Of a stretch of DNA of 63,931 nt, positions 11,530-23,000 are shown in pieces. The position numbers and the translations under genes were made by a program. Below the pieces are notes generated by a model, which saw nothing but the letters and a program-made list of their open reading frames with translations, made no database searches and was not told where the DNA came from. The stretch lies in NCBI GenBank assembly GCA_964270895.1, contig OZ185450.1, one strand, 5' to 3'. Numbering within the stretch: position 1 is the first letter of the stretch; each line of letters starts with the position of its first letter. This stretch comes from Podarcis filfolensis. Lineage: Eukaryota.

Positions 11530-12565
11530 CTATCTCTCTGTGCATAGCAGGGGTGGGGAACCTCAAGCCTTGGGGCCCAATGTGGCCCTCCAGGACTTTC
11601 TATCCGGCCCTCACAACTATCCTCATGACACACTGTGCACTTGTCCTGCCCCCCTGCATGTTTTTGCCTGGCTGTTTCTTTTTATTTATTAAATTTACAT
11701 TCATTGCTCCACCCACTTTTCCCACTGTCCCCACCCACCAGTAGCATGATGGAAGGTTGCCCTGCAGAGAAAGTGGTTCTTGGGATGAAAAAAGCCCACC
11801 ACCTCTGGTATATAGGAATCTTCAAGGGGGAGCAGTCTGTTACATGAACAATCTGAAGTGGTTTGGTGCAAGAGCAAGTTGACCACTCAAGTGCGAATTA
11901 AAGCCCAAATTCCTCTTACTGGTGGCCAATAAAAGCAGCTTCTACCTAACTTTGCTAGAGGAAACCCAATAGCCACTGAATAAACGATCTCTCCGCAAAG
12001 GCAGACAAGGCTCTCTTGAAATCGGAAGGCACTATAAGCCAGTCTGCTGTTCCAAAGGAATTTATTCTGTCTCTAATCCAGCAATTGGGAATACTCACCT
12101 GTTTCTGCATCCAATGTGTGGTGTTTTCCTAAGGCATAAACATGCCCCCCCCCAGCTGACCTTGGACTTCAAATTCCTGCTATGTGTAGTCTGAGGGTTC
12201 CAAAACATTAGAAATATGGTCACAGCATGTCTTAAGAATCCTGGGAACTCTGGTGGAGAAAGTGTGTATGAACTTAGCTTATCTTGTAGTTGCTGTTCTG
12301 TTGCTGTTGTTAATATTGTTTTATAGATTATAAAAATGCTGTGTTGGTTTGTTACTCTTAGAGCTTTTGCTTTAATTGTGATGTGATTTTTTTAGTTGTT
12401 GCTTTGCTAACAGTGTTTTATAGATTGTAATTGTTCCACTGATGATTTGTTAATTGTTCTGTAGGGTTTATGTTGTATTTGTGATGCTCTGTTCTGCTCT
12501 ATCACGTTACTGTTTGCATGCCGCTTTGGGATTCATTTGAATGAAAAGCAGCATAGAAATATAAT

Positions 12566-12611
12566 AAATCAAATCAATCAATCAATCAATCAATCAATCA
12601 GTCAGTCAATC
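12566..12611. repeat. (ATCA)n microsatellite at the tail of a degenerate L2-like 3' end
   Basis: aatcaatcaatc... run preceded by a ...gccgctttgggattc...aaagcagcatagaaat LINE-tail-like motif. Confidence 0.85.
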
Positions 12612-12909
12612 AAAATGCTAGAGTTCTCAGCACCTTTAACAGATTACAGTTCTCAGGAGTCACTGGGGGAAGTTGTGTGCTTTGAGTGCAGCTCGTATTG
12701 TATATGCAGCCTGTGTTTCCTCATCCTCCACAAGATTAAATACACTACCGAGGTCCACAGATCCCAGGGAAAATCAATGGGATCCCCTCCAGATGTTGTT
12801 GGATTTCAGCTCTCATCAACTCTAGACAACATGGTGAAAGATCAGGAGTTAAATTCCTCAGAAGTTCTGGAGAGCTATCTGCGCCTTTGGGCCAAGCTAC
12901 ATGTTGTGT

Positions 12910-13160
12910 AGAGCCAGTGTGCTGTAGTGGTTAAGAGTGGTGGACTCATAATCTGGTGAACCGGGTTCGATTCCCCTCTCCTCCACATTCAGCTGCTGGG
13001 TGACCTTAGGCCAGTCACACTTCTTTGAAGTCTCTCAGCCTCACTCACCTCACAGAGTGTTTGTTGTGGGGCAGGAAGGGAAAAGGAGATTGTTAGCCGC
13101 TTTGAGACTCCTTAGGGTAATGATAAAGCGGGATATCAAAACCAAACACTTCTTCTTCTT
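12910..13160 (+). mobile_element. Second copy of the same tRNA-derived SINE
   Basis: Box B GGTTCGATTCC at 12964-12974; high similarity to 11275-11529; (CTT)n tail. Confidence 0.8.
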
Positions 13161-15400
13161 GTGTCGTCATACAGCAATGTGAGGGTCTGTTTAAAACTCT
13201 GAATAGCAGTCATGGGGAGGGTGTGTGTCAGGATCACAGCCAGTGTGACCTGGGAGGAAGAGCTTAACCCTTCCTCTTGCACCTAGCAAAACTCTCCTAC
13301 CCCACCACAGCTGCTATTTGGCACAAGAATGCAGCTGCCTTGAGTATTCAGGGGCGGCATGGCCTGGGAGGAGAGGGTTAAGTCTCATTTTACCCATATG
13401 CTGCAGCAGCCGCTATTCAAAAGAATTTCTATACCACCCTTCATTAATAAATAGTTAAGATAGTCCCTGCCCACTCGCTTACAATCTAATAGACAACAAA
13501 CAAAAGGAAAAAGAGATGCAGAGAGGAGGGAGAAGGAACTTTGGCACCCACTCTTAATCTTGGCGTTTTTACTGCTTCTCCAAGGATTCGGCCACACAGC
13601 TGCAAATAAAGCGTTTTAAATGTGTTGCGATGTGCAATATATGAATGTGACACTAGATGGTGACAGTGAGCTATGCCAAATTCAATGTATTTTTCAAAAG
13701 GTTTTTTTAAAAATCATTTTCATGGCGCTTTGTATATGTGTGTAGATTCCACTCTTGTTTCTTGTACTGGTGCTATGACTAATTCTGCCCCTCGAGGCCT
13801 AAAATGGACATGACATGGGAAATGAATTACTGAATCTCTCCACCTTTTTAAACTTCAAAGCAAATGCCAGTTTCCAACATTTAATGCTGCTATGGCCATA
13901 GTGCTGTGCGTGCGCACTTAAACCTTTCCCCTTCAAAATAATCTAAAACACTGCCTCCACCAAGCTGCTATTGGTTGGTTGTTGGCACCCGTCTGTCTTG
14001 GGAGACTATGCAAGCTGAATTTGACTGGAACCAGGCTAAAATCACTGCTTGGGGCAGAAGCACTTCTCTCAGCAGGTGTTGAGAGTCACTATATGGGTGG
14101 GTATTCCAGCACCTTCAAAAGGCAGCCCTTCAAAACCGTGGGTGGGAGAAGCATGTAAACCTTCTCTAGCTGGGACTTTAAAAGAATCTGAGGCTTTTTC
14201 TAATCCTTGCTTCTCTTGCAAGGCAGGCATTATCAAGTCCCCAAAGGTCATTTTGGGGTCTGAGGCCAGCAAACCTTGTTCCCACTTCTGCTCATTTGCT
14301 GCAATATTTCAGAGCTTGTTGTTCTGTGGGCAACCTGGTTATGACACGACATTCTTTGCATCTTACGTTCTGGTTGGAGGCATCAGATGTGGGCAGGACT
14401 CTGCTTTTCAAAGCTGAGATTTGAAGAGTAGCTGGGAGTGGAACTTATTACTTCAAGCCACTGGCAGGACAGCTAGGACTTTGCACTTTCAGCTTGGCCT
14501 GTGGATTATACAACACACTGAAGAAACAGTTCGTTCCACGCATCGGTAACAAAGGGTGCTCTGAAGTCTTGGATTAAAAGAATAACTTGAAGAGTTTTTG
14601 CTTTCCATTTGGCCAGCATATGTGAAAAGGCTGGAACAGATATGTAGTGCAAGGTGAGATATTAATTGCACCTTTACAAGCGCCACCTGTCAAAAAATGT
14701 GTTTGTGTTGACTATAGGTCACAATGACCTCCAAGGCAGATGGAAGAATGGATAACTGAGCACTCCCACTTTTGCTGCATTTTAAAAGGACAAAAAGCAA
14801 AAAGAATGTACTGTTCAGTCTTGAGATGTTACTTTTCTTTCAGCTCCCTTCTCTTCTGTAGCAAATTCCCACACAAGCCCATCTTTTCCCAACCTAAATG
14901 TTGGATCCAATTATCCTTTGGGAAGTTAGGAAACTCTGCCACCTAGTGCCCAGTTTATGAGCAGCTCTGTCCTACTCCCTGAAAGTCTGACAAGACAGGG
15001 TGGCTACTCTGTAGTTCTCCAGATGTTGTTGGACTCTGCCTTTGGCTGTAGTCAGCATGACAAATTGTCAGGGGAGATGGAAGCTGTAGTCCAGGAACAT
15101 CTGGAGGGTAACAAGCTAGCCACCTTCTTAAGATTATTAGGCTTTACACACACAAACTGTGTATTTCTTGTTTGAACGTGTTCAGGACTAAGAAGGTGGG
15201 ACACCATACAAACAGGCGTAGGCTAGCAAAAGATGTACCCTTATTTCTATGCTTTTCTGCTAATACAGAGGGAGCCAACGGAGTGCCCTCTGGATTTTGC
15301 TGGACCACAACTCCCATCAACCTAAGCTTGTTGGAGAGAGCTACCCTGGCACTAACAACACCCAGGCTGTTTGCAATATTCTTATTCTTATTTGAATTTA

Positions 15401-15856
15401 CTGTATTTTTCGCCCTATAGGACGCACTTTTTCCCCTCCAAAAATGAAGGGGAAATGTGTGTGCATCCTATGGGGCGAATGCAGGCATTCGCTGAAGCCA
15501 GGAGAGCGAGGGGGGTCAGTGCGCACCTACCCCTCTCGCTCTCCAGGCTTCAGGAAGCTATCCGCAAGCCGTGGGAGAGCTGCCTGCACCCCGAAGCCTG
15601 GGGCACGCTGAGCTCAGCACGCCCCAGGCTTTGGGCAGCTCTCTGCTAGCTGTGGGAGAGCTGCGCGAAGTCGCGCAGCTCTCCCACGGCTTGCGGATAG
15701 CAGCCTGTTCTGGGGGCTGGGGTTGGGGGAAGCTCAGGCTTCCCCCGCCCCAGCCCCGCACCTGGGGGGGAAATAAATTTTTTTTCTTTATTTCCCCCCC
15801 AAAAAAAACTAGGTGCGCCCTATGGGCCGGTGCGCCCTATGGGGCGAAAAATATGG
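15401..15856. mobile_element. Non-autonomous Tc1/mariner element inserted into an L2 3' end
   Basis: TIRs CTGTATTTTTCGCCC / GGGCGAAAAATATGG with TA flanks. Confidence 0.8.
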
Positions 15857-15858
15857 TA

Positions 15859-16141
15859 TATACCACCCTATACCCAGAGGTCTCAGAGCAGTTTACAGAA
15901 CAAAAATAAAAAAATAAAACCACAAAATATATAATAAAAAAGAGCAACAACCCAATACCCCCCCAAAAAACCCCACATTTTAAAAGGGCATAGGATGTCA
16001 ACCAAATCAGACAAAGGCCTGGTTAAAAAGGAACACTTTGGCCTGCTGCCTAAAGGTTTATAATGAAGGCGCCAGGCGAACGTCCCTGGGGAGAGCATTC
16101 TACAGACGGGGAGCCACTGCAGCAAAGGCCTGTTCTCGTGT
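15859..16141 (-). mobile_element. L2 LINE 3' fragment
   Basis: ataccaccctata...gagcagtttaca 3'UTR motif; reading KTGLCCSGSPSVECSPQG resembles frameshifted L2 C-terminal RAFSVAAPxLWNxLP region. Confidence 0.65.
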
Positions 16142-16703
16142 TGTACAAGTGTGTCATTCTTCTTTTTTCAGCACACTGAAGACGGGAAGCCGATGTACAC
16201 TCACCCCCACCAGACTGCTTTCTCCAAAGTGCACCCCACCACTTCCCCTCCCACAATGCTTTGCACTCTCCTTACTGCACATGACCTCATTTGAGAGCAG
16301 AACCCTTTCTCTCTTATGCAGCCCTCTCTTCTTCACCGGCTGCTGACCACTAGAGCCTCCTGCCCCTCCTCGCCAGAACAAATGGACTGGGTCCTGCTGC
16401 AAGATGGGTTCCCCAGGGTCCAGCGCAAAAGCAGCCTGGAGTGCATTCAGACCAGAGCAGGGTGGTCTGTTTTAGAACAGCTACATATTTTGAGCTGGAC
16501 ACCCGCCATCCCTCCAGAACAAGAGCTTCTTGGCCTTCAAAGGGCAATAAAATCTGAGCAGCCAAGCACAAACCCACCGGCACTGTTCTTTCCTTTCCCC
16601 CTTTGCAATTCACAACACCAAGAACAAAAGAAGAAGAAAAAATAACATCTTTAATAGCTTAGTAACTGGCACAGATGGTACAGTATTCTGATCCACAACT
16701 GGT

Positions 16704-16709
16704 TTTATT
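16704..16709 (-). terminator. Candidate PLPBP polyadenylation signal AATAAA (3'UTR about 2.1 kb)
   Basis: First canonical AATAAA I found on the minus strand after the stop; ATTAAA follows at 16650-16655. Not confirmed by transcript data. Confidence 0.4.
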
Positions 16710-18173
16710 TCTTAACACACATGAAAACACTGCACTGCGGAGCTCGGGGCAGGAGGGAAGAGGTTTGGGCTGCATTTAACACTGCACCTACGTAGTGGGA
16801 CACTAAGTGGGCTGGGTGTTTGTTCTTTGCAGTTACATTCAGTGTCCAGGGTGAGAAAAACCAAGTCCCACTGCTAGGAGCAATTGGAAACTGGCTTATA
16901 TTTTAGGTGACACCACTGGTTCAGCTAGCCCACTGGAGCCAAGATTGGCAGCAGCTTCCAAGGATCTCAGGTATGCTATCCATCCTTAACTTGCTTTTGC
17001 TTTAACTGGAAACACCAAGGCACCTTCTGCATGCCAAGCATGTGTCCTAGCACTGAACTATGGTACCTGAGCCAAAGACACACCACTGGAGTAACCCAAA
17101 GACACACCAAACTCCCAAGCTATTAGGGAAAAGAGGACCGGGGGGGAGGGTATATTTCTACTGGGGACTAAAATCATTTGTAGCAGCAGATTGGGCCTTG
17201 AAGTAGATTGTCAACATGTGAGTTACAAAACAAGATTTCACTGTAAACATTTTCACCGATTGGGGATGCTGCAGAGGAGAGATGAATACTTAGATGAGGT
17301 CTTAGTGAAGCAAGAGTGATGGCTGCTTTAAATGAACTTTAAGATATGTACAGTGGGGAAACAACTGTTACTTTCTGCCACTTGGGACCCAGCATCTGGG
17401 ATAAGGATGCTTTGCATTAAAATTTGGGAGTTCGCCATTTGCCCAGGGTAACCGTTTCTTCACACATGTGCTACTTGCAGGCTCGCTTCTCAAGCTGCCC
17501 TGCCCTGCCACACCCAGGCTCGCGTGTGAATGTCTGCCTGGAGTTAAGGTTTAGTTTGGCCTTCTGTCCGAGACTGCTCTACTCTGCAGTATTGCCTTTC
17601 CTCCAGGGCAGGTGGGGTTTAGGGATTGTGGGAAGTGGGTGGGGCATTTCAAGGAACTTTCCAGGCACGACAGCCTCTCAGTCTCCCACGTGAGGTAGGT
17701 CAGCCCCGTTTTTCTCATATAGGGGACACAGGCACAGTATGGTTAAGTGACTTGGCCAAGATCACACAGCAAGTCAGCAGCAGAGTCAGGGAATTTCCCG
17801 GCTTTGGCTAGCAGAACATACTGCTTTTACCTAGCAGAACTACTCCATCCATCAGTTTTCCAGAGGAGGGGGGGGGGAAGGGACATTTTATAATGTGAGA
17901 GAGAAAGCGATATGCAGTCGACTATCAAAACTCGTAGCAGCAGTCTTCGGAGGATGAATACAACCTAAAAAAAGAGAAATCTTCCCAACCTGTGGCTCAA
18001 AAGCTGCCAGTAGCTTAAGCTTGCAAGTGCACCCTGACTCATCTCTTTCCACAGCGTAGCAAGCAGCAAACCGCCCATGCGGAACAGGTGATTTTTAGTG
18101 TCATTAAAGGGTCTAAGATCTTGACCTCTGATAGGATGCTTGGTGGTACACAACACAGCAGTTTACCCATAAA

Positions 18174-18331
18174 CAGTGGTGTAGCGTGGGTTGTCAGCAC
18201 CCGGGGCAAGGCAAGTAATTTGCGCCCCCTAACCCGTGGATTTGCGCCCCCTAACCCATGGATTTGCCCTAACCCCAGATGTTGCGCCCGGTGCGGCCCG
18301 CCCCCCCTGCACCCCCCACGCTACGCCACTG
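18174..18331 (+). mobile_element. hAT MITE (158 bp) with internal CCCTAA-containing repeats
   Basis: 16-bp TIR CAGTGG(T/C)GTAGCGTGG; perfect 8-bp TSD CCCATAAA at 18166-18173 and 18332-18339. Confidence 0.9.
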
Positions 18332-18782
18332 CCCATAAAGCATTTCAGTGGGATGGTGGAGGGGGGCTTAGTCAATGGAGCATGGCCATGGCACCCCCGC
18401 AAAGAGGGGTTTCCACCTCGGGGAAACCAAGTTTCCAGTTAGAAATGTGTAATGTTCAGAGCTGGAAATGTTTCCTGCCCGGACCTAGTAGGGCTTAAGT
18501 CAGCTGGTTATCCAGAGCAGCTATCTAAAGTCACTTCAGCTAAGGTACCAAAAGTCACTTGTCAATCACTGGTGCTCCATTTGCTGGTTTTTTTTATAGA
18601 AAAATTCAATCTCTATGGATATACAATATTAAAATTACATGTGACGAAGTGCCTGCGACACCCTCTGATTACCTGATGGTGTCCCACAGCTGTCAGCCCA
18701 AAGGGATAGTCAAGTGCATAGTAAGGTCTATTAGAAAGGATTCCCCTCCCTCCATGGAAGGAATCGCTAGGGCCTTCTCCTG

Positions 18783-18920
18783 TTAGTGCTCTTTCACTGT
18801 CAAATTCTCCAGCTGGCCTTTAATCTCCCTCGGGGCTTTGTCGCTGGAAGGTTTGTTGGGGTAGTCTCGCTCTCCGAAGATGGTGCTTCCGATCCGAACA
18901 TTTGTCGATCCAACTTCAAT
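18783..18920 (-). CDS. PLPBP: PLPBP exon 8 (terminal coding part, TAA stop)
   Basis: [45 protein letters not shown]. Joined CDS is 831 nt = 276 aa plus stop. Confidence 0.96.
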   Translation of the reverse strand: MEVGSTNVRIGSTIFGERDYPNKPSSDKAPREIKGQLENLTVKEH

Positions 18921-19388
18921 CTGCAAAGCAGCAAAAAAAAAAAGGCAGGAGAAAGATCACGGGTGCTTTGGAAGCTGGAACTTTGATCTGAAAGGCCTTG
19001 GCTGTCCCATTTGTAAATTAGTAAACAAACCAACCCCGGTATTGCAAAATATGAGTAAGCAATATCAAAAGCGACACGATGGCCGGGAACAATTACAATG
19101 TGAAAAACTTTATGGAATAATTCAAAACATCAAAACTAAAAAACTGAAGTCTCTGAAAGTCCTTAAATGAATCACGGTGCCAGACTTTACCCGGCGGAGA
19201 TCAAGCTGTGAAGCTTTGTATAATCAGCAAATGTCCAGTTCTGACGTCCAACTCTGAACTCTGCTGAACAGTGTTTCCGGATAACAACTAATGTTTCATG
19301 GAATTCTTCATCAGCCAATTAGTTCAACACTCATAAGTAGAAAGATATGTAATTTCTTCATTAACCATTCTTTTTTCAAGTAGATATA

Positions 19389-19476
19389 ATATACATGAGA
19401 ATGAAAAATACTCTGGAACAGTGCTCATGTGATTATGTAGTCCCTGTTCCAGAGTATTTTTCATTCTCATGTATAT
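19389..19476. repeat. Perfect 33-bp inverted repeat with a 22-nt spacer
   Basis: ATATACATGAGAATGAAAAATACTCTGGAACAG at 19389-19421 and its exact reverse complement at 19444-19476. Confidence 0.95.
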
Positions 19477-20449
19477 GTATATATAGACCCAAGAGACCGA
19501 TTTATAAAACCTGTTTACGAATGGAACACATCTGAATAGGGTGGAAAGGGTGAAATGGCTGCTGAGCAACACCAACGACTTTGTTACTTATAAAGTAGCA
19601 CTCTATGCGCTGGCAGCTAAGAAGATCAGGAGGAAGGAACTAGACAAAATAGTGGTCAACTGCAAAGGGGATTCGGATATTTAATTTGGCACATCTTACC
19701 TGAGAATCTTCTGCTATTCTGTTCTATTTAATGCAACAAATAGTTTTAGTAGCCGTGACCGCAATTTTATTGTATGCCTGTGCCCGATGATTTTTATGGT
19801 TATTGTTGTTATTTTTTTCCCTTTTTGTTCTCCTTCTGAATGATGCCATGGCCTATGGCTGGTGCAATAAAAATTTAATTGGAATTGGACATTATGGGTC
19901 GATGGAAGGATATTGGCTCCTTTTGGAGCTGGATGCTGCATGGGGAGAAATGAAGATACTCTGTGGGGTCCTAAAGAGCTGCTGTTTCCCCCCTCCCTTA
20001 GTGCCTTTTTCCTGCTTCTGTTTCCCTTTCTAGTCCCTGGAATCTCTGTAGTGTATCCAGGGTGGATTTATTTTGATTTAAATCACTAGTCAGTAAGACT
20101 TGATTTAAATCTTCTTTTTTTTTTTTTTACAAAAAGACTCATTATTGCTGGTATAATCTTAATATTTACAACAAATTCACACTTTTGTGAACTGCAAAAA
20201 CAAGCATCTGTGATAATACAGTAAGTACAATCTAATAGTTTTGCTAAGAAGGAACAGACCTTGCCATCTAAAAAGAAGGGAGAAACATTGTAAATAAATG
20301 GGGAGGAAGGACACAAGGCGAAGATGGGGAAAGGAGGAGATGTCAAAGGCTTGGAAGAAGAGGTAACAGTTCAAGCCAGCTGCAAGGAGGAAGAAGTGGG
20401 AAAAATTGGGAGGCAGAGCATCCCAGAGAAAGGGACAGTGGGAAAGAAA

Positions 20450-20615
20450 GGCTGTGTGCACACCATACATTGAAAGCACCCGCCCCCCCAAAGAATTCTG
20501 GGAACTGTAGTTTGTTATGGGTGTTGGGAATGGGGCCTCTGCTATGAGGTAAACTACAGTTTCCAGGATTCTTGATGGCAAGGTTAGGTGCTGAATGTAT
20601 GGTGTGTAAACACTC
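20450..20615. mobile_element. Palindromic MITE, possibly PIF/Harbinger type
   Basis: GGCTGTGTGCACACCATACATT ... AATGTATGGTGTGTAAACAC termini, internal inverted gggaactgtagtt / aactacagtttcc, AAA flanks. Relatives at about 3055, 4490, 8960 and 63300. Confidence 0.55.
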
Positions 20616-21139
20616 AAAGACTCGGAAGTGTGAAATAGGTGAAGCTTAGCCAGGACAAAAGTAAAAGCACAGTGGAGATCATGAGAGCAGATAAAGAGAA
20701 CAAAATGAAGAGAGAAGAGCCTTTCATTGGATGAAGGGATTTAAATACAAGAAGTAGCAGCTTCTGTTGGGTCTGGTGAGAAAACAGAAGCCAGGCAAGG
20801 GAGAGCAATGGAAGAGAAATGAAGGCAAAGAGAGGCACGTGCAGCATACTTATCAGTGCAACCCTGACCATGTCTACTCAGACATTACGTCCTATTGAAT
20901 TTAATGGGGCTCACTGCCAAGTCCATGGGTTTATGACGCTGCCTATGAGAAGCAGGGAAGCTGTCCACATGGGAAAACCAAGATTTACGCAAATGTTCCA
21001 GCATGAGCTTGGTTGCTCACTCAGAGGGCCAGACACTCTGCTAGGAGGGAGGGAGAGAGGAAGAAGTGAAAGGAGAAAGGCCCCATGATTAGCAACTGCA
21101 GAAAAAAAAAAGAAAATAAAAGGCAATAGACTGACTTAC

Positions 21140-21238
21140 TGCATGCTGGAAGTCTGTAGACATCCCCATGCTCAGCTCAACTTTTTCAATGGGGAGATTG
21201 AGCTTGTCGCACACCTCCTCGCGCAAGGATATCAACAT
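21140..21238 (-). CDS. PLPBP: PLPBP exon 7
   Basis: [33 protein letters not shown] (LSMGMS motif); ctgcag| and |gtaagt; 99 nt. Confidence 0.97.
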
Positions 21239-21334
21239 CTGCAGGGGAGGGAAGACAATGCAATTGAACTTGGCCCTCTCCTTCCTTAAGAGACAAGCTT
21301 TGCATACGAGTATTTCCCCCCAGATCAGGAATAC

Positions 21335-21477
21335 CTGGAAGTCAGGGTTGGGCCCCTTACTGAGGTCGTGCCCAAAGCTGCCAATTGTCATCAAGCCCAC
21401 AAATTCCAGGCTGGGGCACTTCTGGAGGATGTGTGCCACTGTTGTTACTGTTTCTCCAGGCGGCAGCCCATGTTTAC
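21335..21477 (-). CDS. PLPBP: PLPBP exon 6
   Basis: (S)[47 protein letters not shown]; aag| and |gtattc; 143 nt. Confidence 0.96.
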
Positions 21478-21502
21478 CTTTAAAAAGAAAAGCTTATTTG
21501 TT

Positions 21503-21643
21503 AATCATAGCATTTTAAGAGTTGGGAGGGACCACAAGAGTCATCTAGTTCAACCCCCTGCAATGCAGGAATGTTCTGCACAATATGGGGCTCAAACCCA
21601 AGACCCCGAGATTAAGAGTCCCATGCTCTACCAACTGAGCTAT
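21503..21643 (-). mobile_element. SINE with tRNA-Lys(CTT)-like head and CR1-like 3' tail
   Basis: Minus strand reads tagctcagttggtagagcatgggactcttaatctcggggtc...gagcccc (tRNA-Lys-like), then ttgcagggggttgaactagatgac...atgatt (CR1 tail). Confidence 0.75.
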
Positions 21644-21681
21644 CCTGCCTTGTTATACATTGCATTTCTATTGCAACCTCT

Positions 21682-21810
21682 GGGGGAGGACCATGGCTCA
21701 GTGGCAGTGCATCTGCTTTGCATGCAGAAGGTCCCTGGTTCAGCCCCTGGCATCTCCAAGCAGGGCTGGGAATATCCTCTGCCTGTAATCCTTGAAAGCC
21801 ACTGCCAGTC
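21682..21810 (+). mobile_element. Left half of a third tRNA-derived SINE family, split by L2; right half at about 22532-22590
   Basis: ggctcagtgg...ggttcagcccc head. An uninterrupted copy at about 44640-44820 reads ccactgcc...caatactgtgctaaatggacca across the junction. Confidence 0.65.
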
Positions 21811-21811
21811 A

Positions 21812-22531
21812 TTAATAATAATAATAATAATTTTTTATTTATACCCCGCCCTCCCCAGCCAAGGCCGGGCTCAGGGCGGCTAACAAGCAATAATAAAAAC
21901 AAGTTGAATGATTACAACTCAAAAACAAAATTAAAATACAACATTAAAATATTGAAACATTAAAATGTAGCCTCATTGCAGGAGGAGAAAGGAAAAGAAA
22001 TAAGAAAGAGAGGGAGGGAATCAAATTGGCTCCAAGCCAAAGGCCAGGCGGAACAACTCTGTCTTACAGGCCCTGCGGAAAGAAATCAGATCCTGCAGGG
22101 CCCTGGTCTCATGAGGCAGAGCATTCCACCAGGCCGGAGCCAGAGTTGAAAAGGCCCTGGCTCTGGTTGAAGCTAATCTAACTTCCTTAGGGCCCGGGAC
22201 CTCTAGGGTGTTGCTATTTATGGACCTTGAGGCTCTCCGTGGGGCATACCGGGAGAGGCGGTCCCGTAGGTACGAGGGTCCTAGGCCGTGAAGGGCTTTA
22301 AAGGTCAAAAGCAGCACCTTAAATCTGACCCTGTACTCCACCGGAAGCCAGTGCAGCTGGAAAAGCACTGGGTGAATATGCTCCCATGGCAGAGACCCCA
22401 TGAGGAGCCTCGCTGCAGCATTCTGCACCCGCTGGAGTTTCTGGGACAGCTTCAAGGGCAGCCCCGCGGAGAGCCAATTACAGTAGTCAAGCCTGGAGGT
22501 GACCGTTGCATGGATCACTGTGGCCAGGGGC
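21812..22531 (-). mobile_element. L2 LINE 3' fragment (about 720 bp), well preserved
   Basis: ORF TVIHATVTSRLDYCN...LQRVQNAAARLL...LHWLPVEYRVRFKVLLLTFKALHGLGPSYL...RAFSTLAPAWWNALP, typical of the L2 ORF2 C-terminus; (TAT)n tail. Confidence 0.92.
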
Positions 22532-22776
22532 GATACTGAGCTAGATGCACCAAGGGTGTGAATCAATACAAGGTTCCTCCAAAGTTCAATCCAACCCTCT
22601 GTTCCTCCAAGGAACTCAGGTGATGTATATATAGTTCTTCCTCCCTGACCCTTCTGTCCTTACAACCAACCTATGAGGTAGGTTAGGCTCAGAAAAACCG
22701 ATTGGCTTGTTGGTCATTCAAGCAGCTTCATGGTGAATTTGCAACTGTGTCTCCTCTGTTTTAGTCCAACTCTATA

Positions 22777-23000
22777 CAGTCATACCTCATGTTACGTTTG
22801 CTTCATGTTACGTTTTTTCAGGTTGTGTCCCGTGACAACCCGGAAGTACCGGAAAGGGTTACTTCCAGGTTTCGCCACTTGCGCGGAAGCGCTAAATTGC
22901 GCCGTGCACCTGTGCAGATACGGCACTTCGGGTTGCGTGCTTTTCATGTTGCGAACGGGCCTCTGGAACAGATCCCATTCGCAACCAGAGGTACACACTA
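22777..23000. mobile_element. Tc1/mariner (Tigger-like) MITE
   Basis: TA|CAGTCATACCTC ... GAGGTACACACTA|TA, degenerate TIRs, CpG-rich interior. Confidence 0.65.

Noticed and set aside
13650-13663. CTCF-like ACACTAGATGGTGA; weaker candidates at about 6366 and 11265
   Set aside because: Two or three mismatches to the core each; too weak to call without ChIP data.
21470-21480. AG|GTAAAC at the PLPBP exon 6 acceptor (recursive-splice-like)
   Set aside because: Dictated by the conserved Ser-Lys-His codons, and the upstream intron is short (about 1.8 kb); no further evidence.
21583-21643. tRNA-Lys-like sequences (also at about 43900-43965) and other box A/B motifs
   Set aside because: Degenerate stems fused to retroposon tails: SINE heads, not functional tRNA genes.
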